Below are positions 1 through 11,045 of a stretch of DNA of 64,000 nt, in pieces (positions within the stretch are counted from its first letter, which is position 1; the number at the start of each line of letters is the position of its first letter). The notes beneath the pieces are model-generated. The model was not told the DNA's origin and ran no database searches. It saw nothing but the letters and a program-made list of their open reading frames with translations. A program made the position numbers and the translations under genes. Origin of the DNA: Fimbriosthenelais zetlandica (lineage: Eukaryota). The stretch is taken from the NCBI GenBank assembly GCA_977030845.1, contig OZ365110.1:27156001-27220000 (forward strand). Direction: 5' to 3'.

Positions 1-606
1 AAAGCATATGGTTTTCCTCGCATGTTTGTACTAGATAGGACTGTGACAATCAAGGGAATGTCTGTGTGTAGCATAAAGTTACGTATGTAAGAACTTTGAG
101 AGAGTGTGGTGTAATCGAATATATTCCACCCCGTGTGTCTCAAATTGGCAAATTATATGTAATTATTATTAATGTAATAATTTTATTGTCTAACATGACT
201 CTTTCTGCAGGAATCTCTATCTTACATGAATGACATTGGCCAAAGAAAGATACATAGTGTTTCGCCCTGGGCCTTGTTTCATAACAAAGCTTTAGCCAAT
301 GGTTATGGAAAAAAACACAAACTATAGTGCATTTTCCTCTATAGATAGAATATCAAGTGCATGTATTTGATAAGATATTTCATATTATGTATATATTTGA
401 TCGAGTATGTAGACAAATTATATTAGGAAACATGATCCGGCAATCTGCCGCAAGGATTTCACTTCGACTTTTCCTCTTTGAGTGGGTTTATTTTTGCAGG
501 TAACAATAGATCTAATAGATATCCCACGAAATTACATGACCGGGAACAGGTGCTTTGTTACAAAAGACACCTGCACCGACATTCAGAATTGTCACAAGTT
601 TCCCGC

Positions 607-695
607 AGAATATATTTACTCTGTCTGGAAGGAGAAAGAATTATCTTATCTTAGAATACATTTACTCTGTCTGGATGGAGAAAGAACTATCTTAG
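607..695. repeat. Imperfect tandem duplication, about 46-bp period, 2 copies
   Basis: agaatatatttactctgtctggaaggagaaagaattatctt... is followed by agaatacatttactctgtctggatggagaaagaactatctt. Confidence 0.85.
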
Positions 696-3016
696 TAGGA
701 CGTGGAAATAGTAGTGCGTGGTAACTTTACCACGGCCTACTACTGTTTCTTCTTCTCCAGCCAAGCTCCACGCTGATCGAGTAATGATGCCTTTCTAGTT
801 CCCCAAACTTCCTTAAAACATTCTCTCTAGATTCTTCTCGGTTTACTAAATTATCCTATTAGTGGTGATTGAGGGCAAAAAGAAGTACCAGAGATCATCA
901 GTGTGATCATCTGATTGATTTTTATACCCTAGTTAAAAGCGGTAATAAATCAATCAAAACTAGAACTATCAATTACATGTATCTGATTATAATGGACATG
1001 TAAATTAAACAAACCGTTAAAAATTATAATACAATGCATGGACTTTCAGGAAAGTAATTATTCACATGATTGTTTTAATCGAGAAAGATTTCCATAAAAA
1101 GTCCACATTTTGTCCCCAAAACAATAATAAAAAAATTCGACCGACCTTCTCAAGGACAAGTAAAAATAAACGTAAGATAAATTTATTTTTGGCTTAAAGA
1201 CACCCCTGGAGGTTGTGTCTTTCCCTTTCTCTCTTTCCTCTCTCTTCCTCCCTCCCCCACCACCACCTGTATCGAATCACCTGTTCTGTAATGGCACGGA
1301 TGGAGTAGATGAGCAGAATGGCCGCGGGCGGTAGTGTGAGAAGCTCATGCGGGTGAGTGGGGGGTGGGGGTAGTGGTGGGGCTGGGGGAGCAGCTCCTGG
1401 GATTGGGATTGCAGTAATTAAAAGTAGAACACCCAGGGCTTTCCTCTGGCAGTGACATGATCTGAGTCAGTGCCAGGTGGGCTTGTTATCCACCTCCCAT
1501 AGGCTCTATCCTCAGCCCCTCAATGGAAAACTCTTGAAGTATTTATTTCAAAAAACGAGGGAAGGAATGCCTTGGCTGTATAGAAAAGGACTGCTCCGTT
1601 GATTATAGCCCAATCCCAGCATGAAAAAGACGCGCAGCTATTAAAACAGCCTTTCCTTAAACAGATTATTCCCTTCGTTCTCAAGGACAAAGCCTTGTCC
1701 CATCGCTTGCCTCATTTGTATTCCAGCTCACAATGGTCTATCATTTTGCCCCTACACCATCATGCCCAGCATTACTAATATCTTCATGTGCCTTTTTATC
1801 CTCCCCCTACATTTTCAGCCATCAACGCCTAACGCATGGTTAAACTGGATCGATCATTTTGATCCGATACCCCTGTTCCCGCCCTATAAGAGATGGGTGC
1901 GAGTGTCTATTCAGCAGCCATACAGGCACTTCCTCGCCCGCCTCTACCTCTTATTGTACCCTCCACAGACTTCTCGGGAAGGGGAAGGAAGGGAAGAGGC
2001 TAGACAAGGAGCAGAAGGGAATAGAAAAGTAGAGAAAGAAGTTCTGGAAGACTATATAAAATGAGAGCCAGCCTAAGGGGAAAGAGAAAGAGAGGGGAGA
2101 GAGAGGAGAGACTGTGGGAGAGAGGAGCTCAGCACGTGGCAAACAATCCCTCCGCGAGCTGCTCAAACTGGAAGGAAAAACTTGGAGCAGATCAGGCACT
2201 GCCCGCGGACGCTTTGAAGGGTTTCTGTTTGAATAAGCTCTGCGGATAACGGCGGGGGTGTAACTCTAGACAGGCCCCCGTGCATTTTTCCTTCCCGACC
2301 AAGACCCTATAGGAACACTCGGACACATTCTAGTAGGCCTTGCAAAGCCTGTCTGTAAAAAAAATCCATAACACTTAAGGACAAGCAGTCTGCTCGCGGC
2401 TTGGGCTGAGAGGGATCTTAGTTTTGGTTTGACGCTGGGACAAAAGGCTTGGTACCCGATGCAGGATCAATGATACTTGTAGATTTAGCAAGAACAGGGC
2501 TTCTTGCTATGGAAGGATCGAGATCGAGAAGAGACAGGGGAAGGGTCCGATCACAGGTTGATCTGACGACTACCTCTACCACCTGTCGCACCAGGTCGAT
2601 TAAATCCAAGCCATGCTTTTAAATTGCACGCCTGAGTCAGATTTGGGAGGGCATAACCATTGAACCCTTCAGTTACCATATCTTACAATGGGTTCTCCGC
2701 ATATTGATCTGTGGTAGAACGGGAGAGGAAAGAATTCAAAGAAGGAAAAATGATGCATCCAGGCTCTATTATAGAGGAGAGAATGACAGTGGAAGGATCA
2801 AGAGAGGAAGAGAGTGGAGAGGAAATTTATGCAGAAGGGGAGAGACTAGAAAATGTGATTAAATCTGAATTGATTGGTATGAGGTGAAATGACAAAGATA
2901 CCAGGCAGATAATTATAATCCCAAGACAGAAAAAGACATGCAGGCGAGCATATTATATATAGACACATATTGAAAAGTGGAGAAAGAAGTCCCGGGCGAC
3001 AGGACTGTCTACGCAA

Positions 3017-3064
3017 AGAGAGAGAGAGAGAGGGAGTGAGAGAGAAAGAGGGAGCGGAGAGAGA
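3017..3064. repeat. (AG)n microsatellite decaying into a purine tract
   Basis: (AG)8 at 3017-3032, then interrupted AG repeats. Confidence 0.85.
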
Positions 3065-4790
3065 ACCTTAGTAAGGAGAAAAATTGAGAAGGCAATGATT
3101 TGCTGCCGAGGAGAGTAGAGGGAGGCAGAGGTGTGGAAGTGGAGAATGGTTTATGTGGTGTGATAGATTAATGGATATTAGATTGGGGGAAGCTCTCTAT
3201 GTATTTTAGACAATAATGCGTCCAGGCGTCTGGCGCCTGTTGCTTGTAGAAGAAGCCTCTGTTGAACATTCCAACGTTGGGAGTCGATCCAATCCACGGG
3301 GATATGCATCTCTGCTGGGAGTTGGGAGGGGGCTCAGGGGTAGGGGTGGAAGCGGGGGTGGGTTGGAGGGAGGGCTTTCTGTGCGTGGGGGCGGGGTATA
3401 GAGGAAAGAAGGGGGGTGCTCCCATAAAAAGTAATCTTGTACATCCCGAGTCGATACTTGGCACGGAGGTGGTTGCCGGGAGGTGATTAAGATTTACTGG
3501 CTTAATACCTTGCTGAAATGAGTCGCTCGGGACCGACTCGGGTCCTGCTCGGAAAATAAATCAGAACGAGCGAGTTGGGGCAAACCTTTGCTAAATAGAT
3601 TTGACATGATGGCCCCAATAAGTGCTGATGATACCTCGGCTGGACCGAGGACATATATACGTGTGGGGAGAGGTGGACCCAGCGCCTCGGGGAGTGGGGG
3701 GCCTGCAAGGGGGAGGCCCCCATTAAGGTGAAGCCATATTACTTTAAAGCAGGCGCGTCTTGCCTTTGCAGTCATCAAGGCAGAATGTGCCATCACCAAA
3801 CTAATCATGCTGTAGCCTGCTATCAGCTATGCTCGTATTAATCATCATAGTTTGCCTTTTATAGCCCTAACACCTGACCATCAATAAATCTCCATCCATA
3901 TGGCTTCCAATGTGTATTTTTTTCTTCCCCTCTCAGTGTTTGTCAACTTTGGAGAATCTTAAGGCCGCATTTATTATGCATTTTTGCACTGGCTGTGGCT
4001 TGGCTGGGTGATGGATAGGCGTGGCAGGCGTCTGGGAATTAGACATCATTGAATAAAGCGCAAGACTGAGCGTTGATATTACACACTAATTGTTCAAAGG
4101 CAAAACGCCACTAAGAACGATGAGATTATCAAATTCCGAAGATTTTTGTTCGGGAAATATCCAAGTAATATTAAACGTTTGAGTAATCCTCACGATTCTT
4201 TCCAACTTTGCCTTTTAATATTAATTTGGAGAGAGGTTTTGGAGCTCTACTACCGATTGTCGCCTCCCCGCGACGCTAAGAAAGGTGCGACTAATTGCTG
4301 TATAATTGGGATCCGACATGGCAATAGGATCATCCGTGAGGAAATCTTTTTAAAAAGTGTGCCGCAAATTGCCATCGTGATTTCAGTTTTTAAATGACAC
4401 CTTGCTCGCCAAAATATCCCCCGTGAAATACATGTTCCCAGAAATAATCGTATCTGATTCTTCATGGAGCATCTCCATGGAAACCATGCAATGAGGATTC
4501 TTGATAAAGCAGATTGCAATCATTCTCTTAATAGTGATATGCAAATGTCATTGCCTTGGTGATATGCACGATTTAGAACATGTATTTTATCTGTACATAT
4601 AGATATACACATAAAGGAATACATTAGGCCCGCGCAAGCTTGTGCATTTAAATACTTATGGCCCATATATCTTGCCCAACTCGAGTATAAATTCCATTCT
4701 CCAGAATGGTACTCATTCATATTACCACCCGTTAAATACAGGCTATCAACTCGGGGATATTTTGTTTACTCGGGATATTTCCGACCAAAA

Positions 4791-4824
4791 GTTGAGCCCT
4801 TCCGGTTGAGCCCTTCCGCTCAAC
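4791..4824. repeat. 14-bp direct duplication with a short hairpin
   Basis: GTTGAGCCCTTCCG x2 (4791-4818) followed by CTCAAC; the second copy forms a 7-bp stem, GTTGAGC/GCTCAAC. Confidence 0.75.
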
Positions 4825-7764
4825 ATAGAGGGAAATTTCCATATTCCAAACTCAAGGGCAGCAGACTTATACTTGCTTGAAGGTATTCCAAGATTAAGGT
4901 ATTCATTCCCCATATCGCAACTGTTTTGCATATCAGTATGCACCAACGTCCAACTCGATGATTGAGCAAATGACATAGTTGTCGGGGTTCTCTGCAGATG
5001 GCGCTGTGGTTAGTTTATCCGGTGGGAGGCTGGGCTTTTGGTGTGAGCGGCGAGGAAAATGTTATCACATCCGAGCTAACTGGTATCATGCCATCTGCTA
5101 CTACAGCTATCAACACTCATAACAAGGCGTCTTATCATAAACCAAACTTCACCTTATCTCCCGCGCCATGTTAACATTGCTTTTTCACTAAAAGGAAGTG
5201 GATTTTTTTCACTATTAACATCACTCTCATCGGATGGCTAGATTTTGTAAGCTCCATCTGGATTCATAATATTATTATTCATATCCTCATTTTTCATTGT
5301 TCATAGATATGTTTGCAAGACTCGGAGCGTTGACACTTTTTATTCTATACGTTTCCCACATATTTATGAAATATTTTTTATTCATTTGCAAGCAATTATT
5401 GTATATTGTTACAAGTTGCTTATAAACATTCCATGCATTTCTGTTTTTTCCTGAATATCCATGATGTTTTGGAGTGGGCATTATTTCAACATTCCACTTT
5501 AAGAACCCACCCTAGCTGAAGACGTTGAATCCACATATATCCATAATCCACATTATATTTATCTTTCCGATGCTGCGGCATCAGCTGCCAGTCTAAAATC
5601 CATATCCGCCAATACCATCAGGATAAAAGAAGGCCGCTGAGCCCCCAAATAAACATCTTTCCAGATTTGTTCTTTCTTACCCTGAACCCTATAATTATGT
5701 CCAGTAAATAAAAGGATTTTTCTATGGCGCTGGCATTAAGTAGTGGGGGCTGCTACAGTAAAGCAAGCAGGGACTGGGTAAAAACTGTTATGATGATTAC
5801 AGTTGTGCAAGGCTCATCATCCCTACTGCTCGCTCACTACCTGCCAGAGATTTGAGAGTTTTTCTCCGATTTATGAACATCCTAGTCGTGTTCCTTGGGG
5901 GTGATTACAGAGACAATCTGACAGTTGGAGTTGGGAGGCCTTGTCGTGCATGTCACCTTCCTCCCGTCACAATCGGCCTTGGGAAGCTCGTCAGAAACAA
6001 TCCGGGATTAGCACCCTCTGACCAGCCGACCAGTTTTGCCTCAGCTTCTGTCACAAACATAAAAATCGGCGTGACAGTAGCCGAGGGCGAGATACTTTCT
6101 CCAATTTCCAGTCAGTTTTGCCTTTAACAAGCTCCGGGGTACATCATTGACGCCAGGCAGATTGGGCTTCCCCTTTCCCTTCCTATACACCCCTTAACAG
6201 TATTATGATGGCTATATTCCCACCACCCCTGGACATATAACATAAAACGTACACCTTCAATTCTCTCTGCAACTCGTCCACGTGTCTGCTGTCATATATA
6301 TACCCGAGTGAAGTTTGTAATAAGATATCCCCTGCTCGTTATCTCTCGGTGGATAGTAATTAATTTCCACCGATATTCCACCCCGCGGGTCTAATCATTG
6401 TGTGAAACCTTATTTGTGCTTGAGCCTTACAGGAATGTGTTTTAGAGTGGCAATTGCTTTTATGCGTAACTTTTTCTCATTTTCAAAACCAAAAACGAAA
6501 AAGTGCCTGGGATTGATTTCCATGTGTGAGGGCTGTGAGAGGTAGCGGGTGGTGAAATGATGGTGGAGTGGTGGGGGTAGTGGGGGAGGTGGTCTTGCTT
6601 CTTTTCCCCTTTTCCCCACTCTCCCTTCATTGTGTCACTTCCAAGCTCTCTCAAGCTTGAGGCAAAACACGTGGCTTTTTTGTTTATGCGGAGAAAAGAT
6701 TTCTAAATGAAATGTTAATGGCTATCGGTGATTTTATTATCACATTAGCATGGGGAGTGAGGTTGTGCAGGGCTCCTATATAAGTGAATCAACTTCCCGT
6801 TTTATCATGCATGATCTCTATTATAACTCGCATGGCCCTTGTATTCTGCCTTCATACAATTATTATACAACCATTTTCTGCCTTGATACGATGTATTATT
6901 CAAAACGATACTATTCTATATTGCATTGGTTTGAAGGGATGGGGAGTTAGACCTTTTGCATCTGTGCTTTCAGCCTCATATATGTGTGGACTGAATACTC
7001 ACGCCCCTGACCCACCTTGTAGACCCGTGTAAGTGTAAAATGACATAAAGGGCGTGGACTCCCATTAGTTGGCTTACCAACAATGATTCACCGACATGAA
7101 ATATGGTCATTTACTTTTCTCAGGTAATTCTTTTTCTGGGCACTGTCTTTGTGTATAGCTCCGAGGCGAAGGAGAATAAGGAGAAAGAGAAGGAGGGGGA
7201 AAACAAAGGCATTTCATCACCTGAGGGGAGGTAGCGTTTCCTTGATGGTGGCGGGGTCCGTGAGTCTGAGTTGAAAGCATGCATTCGGACCCATGTGTGA
7301 TAAACATAGGTGTACACATGAAAGACCCGGGGCAGGTGACCGCTGCCTAGCCAGGTCGGGGGTATATGTAATTGGCAGGGGTTTGAGGACAGCTAGGACA
7401 CATAATAGGTGAGACACAAAAGCTTTGGTGACAGGCGCCTATACAATCTTTCTATAGCATATGGACCCAGTGGCACACGCCTGCCATCTACCAATAGGGG
7501 CTCTCGAAAGGGTTGTTGCATCGTTTCCCAGCAAATACCTGTCACCAATGTCTGTGACACTATGCCTTGACCAGAAAAAAAACTGAATAAACAAAATTTA
7601 AACAAAGAAATCATCAATCCCTAACAGTGTATTGATGTGTTGAGGCTCTGGGAGGCTGGTATATTTTATATATTGATTTAAAGCTGGAACGTTGCAAAAG
7701 TGAATTTAGAGGAAACCCCAACAGTGCCTCCTCTTTGTGTAGAGCAGAAGACCATTGTCAGAAA

Positions 7765-7890
7765 CAGGTGTGCTCTGATTGGCTAGAGGCACGCGCCTGG
7801 GCGCGGTTGGTTGGCCAGCTGCAGATTCCCATATGCATATTCATGAGTTGGCATGTGAGTAGGAGGAGGCCGTGGAGAGAGAGGCCAGTA
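7765..7890 (+). promoter_or_regulatory. Candidate internal (alternative) promoter
   Basis: Inverted CCAAT box CTGATTGGCT (7775-7784), E-boxes CAGGTG (7765) and CAGCTG (7816), POU-type ATGCATATTCAT (7833-7844) and a local CpG cluster. It lies directly upstream of an ATG-free stretch that ends in an ATG and a splice donor. Motif evidence only. Confidence 0.45.
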
Positions 7891-8014
7891 GAAGGTTGAC
7901 GGCGGCACTCGCGGCAAGGTGGATAAGATAACTTAGTGCTCCCGACTCCGTCCTCTGTGCAAATAAGATCGTGTGTTTATACTGGAAAAAACTTCAACAT
8001 CTACAGCCGCAAAC

Positions 8015-8024
8015 ATGGTGGGAG
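8015..8024 (+). CDS. Candidate coding part of an alternative first exon (M-V-G-E), in frame with exon 10917
   Basis: aaacATGG start context, then ATG GTG GGA G|gtacgt, a phase-1 donor matching the phase-1 acceptor at 10917. There is an in-frame TAA at 7964-7966 and no ATG in 7861-8014. Confidence 0.5.
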
Positions 8025-10916
8025 GTACGTTAAGTTGTGATTACTACTACTACTTCTACTAATCCTCTCTGCAGCATCTAAGTGCATGTTGCAGACCTGC
8101 TACTACAACCTTAAGGATTATACTACTCACATTGCTTCTCTCTTATCTCTAGCTTTTATGCTGGGTAGAGAGGCAATTGCTGATGGCTGGCTGGTTGGCT
8201 CTTTTTCCCCGCTTGGTTAAAGTCACCAGATCTAGTTCCTACTCAACATCTCTAGCAATATATTAAGTGTCTGGACTTGGTCTGGCTTTGTGCTGACCAA
8301 CTGCCCATACCAGTTTACCTTTGTTCTGGGTATATGAATATCGAGGGTGCAGCAGCTGTTGGTGGAAGCTTGGAACCATGCACCGCTATAGAGCTACCAG
8401 AACCACCACACCACTGCCTCTAAAGGCGACTAGCACCACTTCTATAAGCCAACCACCACTGCCACCACCACTACCACCACCACCCACCACTCTCCTGAGA
8501 CAGTACCGATAACACGTTACTATTGTGATAAAATATTGGCTCGCCCGATGAGTAATATCAATGGTTGCGCTGCCTCTTCTCTCCCTCTGCCTCCTCTTGC
8601 TCTCTTGCTCCTCCTCGGTCCACCAACCTAGTTTTCCTCCTCTGGAAGCCTTTATTCTGGTAGCAAAGAGCAACTGCTCTTTTGCTCCCACCAATATTCA
8701 CAATTGCTTCTAAATGTAGCAGTCTATTTGCCACACTGCTACCATTTTTGAGCGAGCGAGCAGAGGAGAACAATGAGAGGGGTAAAGGGTGTGGTGCGAA
8801 CGTGGGGGAAATGTAGCGGCAGTCTTTGTTTTGGTTGTTCTGGTGGACTGGGCAATGTGGATAGATGGGGAAAATAGTGGGAGGATATATAAATGGTGGT
8901 GCCTAGAGGATTTAATTTTGATAGAGTCATTAGTGGTTACACAACGGGACTGCATGTAAATTGTTCATTGTTGTCCTTGTTGGCGTTCTCACGTCCCTAG
9001 AGCGTGCATTGATGCCATTGTTGAGGTGTGGATACTGAGGTAGAGAAAGAAGGGGGGGGGAGCTAGGTGGGGAGGGGGAGGGAGAATGATATTGGAAGAG
9101 CATGGTAAACCAATATTTGGAAGCTGCAGAGTCCTATGCCTAGGCTGGATGTAATATTAGCAGAGATGTCTCCTGCTCTCTCCATAGGGACAAGCAAGTA
9201 CGTGCTCGGGCAAATATTCAGTCACACAACCATCCACCCGCGTGCTGTTTCCAATAGCTCCCCTCTTCCCTCCATCCACCAGCCCAGAAAGCTTATATGA
9301 ATTGGCTATTGGGAGGAGAAGCAGTGGCTGTAGACTATATACTGTAGTCTGTATAGCCTTGAGTGTGTCAGACTCGATCGATCCAAGTCTTATCCAAAGA
9401 TTTATATGGGTCGACATTGAAGCTTGATGCCAGTGTAATTGAAGTGAGGGCGAGAGATGGGTTCATAATAGATATTAAGTCACTCTCGTGTGACTCGCCC
9501 TTTGTGTTTGAAAGAAGGGGGCTAACAGAGGACTCGAGGGGTACAGGGGGACAGAGAAAGGGACAGGGGGTACTGTGAAATTGAACGCAGATATGGCTTG
9601 TTGCCAAGCGTCGTCTGAAACTCACATCTCGGGCATTGATTTGATTGCTTTCTTAGTTGCCTCCCGCGTGGCCTTTGCTCCCTCATCCTCCCCTCTTTTC
9701 TCGGAGCAGGCAGGCCGGTGGCAGTTCTCCTCGCCCACCTTTAACATCAATATTCGCCTGGTGACTGTAAATCCACATCACAGACTACCAATTCCTGACA
9801 TGGTCGCCTCCCAACTGGTTACCACCGCCCCGTCCACAGGGCAAAGACCCCGCACATATAGAACTTGCATTAAAGCTGCGTGACTCTCAAAGTTTTGTAA
9901 GCCTGGGGAATGGCGGCAGTCTTTTGTCCCCGACTCGGGGCAAGTTGCCATAGCCAGAGTTCACCCACCCAGACTCCATATTGGCAAGGGAGGGGATGGT
10001 TAAGATATTGCAGGCAGAAATTTTCAGATATCAAATCATGCTTCATATCTCGCCATGCCTTGACTATTGCTCAAATATCATTGTCAAATTATGTCCTCGT
10101 GAATATAGACTTTTAGAGATTGTTTCGACATGCGTGATCAAAAATCACCAAATAATCCGGTGGATATCCGGAAATAATCATAGAATACTTGGGTTCAAAT
10201 ATCACCAAAATATTTGACATGTTACTCATAAAACCGTCAAATATTTGTCTGATATTTAGCATTTCCATCTTGACTTATGAATAATATCCAGATATCAACA
10301 TATCTATATCATATATACAGCTTTAAAACCAAAGGGATATATATCAAGTATATTATCGAAGGAACGGTCTTAAGATTCAAACAAACCAGCCATTTCTCAA
10401 TGTCACGAATATAAGAGATATCAAGATGATATATTCGAGATATACATCAACAAGATATATGACAGATATTGATCAGATTTATATACCATATATCAATGGA
10501 GGAGCTAGGGAGAAGCTCACTGACCCAATTCTTCACCTTTCAAAGTGGCAGAGCTGCAGGCAGCAGCAATAGCATCGAGAGTAGAACACAATAACGTCTG
10601 AGCCGCCGCCCCTTACAGCCCTAGCAATATTCAGGTCACTGAAAGCACATCAACACCCCTCGCCCGAGCCATGACCCCATTTTTCTATACTACCTCCTGT
10701 GACTTGCAAATAGAGGAAGACCATCCTTTCTCCTCCCCCTTCTCTTTATATATATCCCAACAACCTCATGTTGTTTGCTATATTTGTATATACACGCTAT
10801 TTCAATGTAGTAGTCATTTGTTCAATTCAATTCCATTCTCCCGCATCCAACCCTTTCCTTTGAATGATTCTAGATTGCTCATTTATGAATTGTTGTCTCT
10901 TTTTGGTTTGTTACAG

Positions 10917-11045
10917 AGGATAGGAAACTGTTTGTTGGCATGCTGAACAAGCAACAAACCGAGGATGACGTGCGACAACTATTCATCCCATACGGTACCA
11001 TAGAGGAGTGTACCATACTCCGAGACCAGAACGGAAACAGCAAGG
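10917..11045 (+). CDS. CELF4-like: CELF3-6 subfamily RNA-binding protein, coding exon: first half of RRM2
   Basis: Acceptor tttgttacag (AG 10915-10916) and donor gtaagt (11046-11051); 129 nt, phase 1 at both ends. Translation (E)[42 protein letters not shown](G) contains the RNP2 motif LFVGML and closely resembles CELF4 RRM2 as I recall it. Confidence 0.97.

Noticed and set aside
1309-1358. Strong donor CGG|gtgagt with an upstream pyrimidine tract
   Set aside because: No acceptor or ATG gives an open phase-1 frame; the 36-nt version contains TGA.
1353-3398. G-run tracts able to form G-quadruplexes (1353-1388, 3318-3398 and many others)
   Set aside because: G-rich and C-rich tracts are scattered on both strands throughout the introns with no positional pattern.
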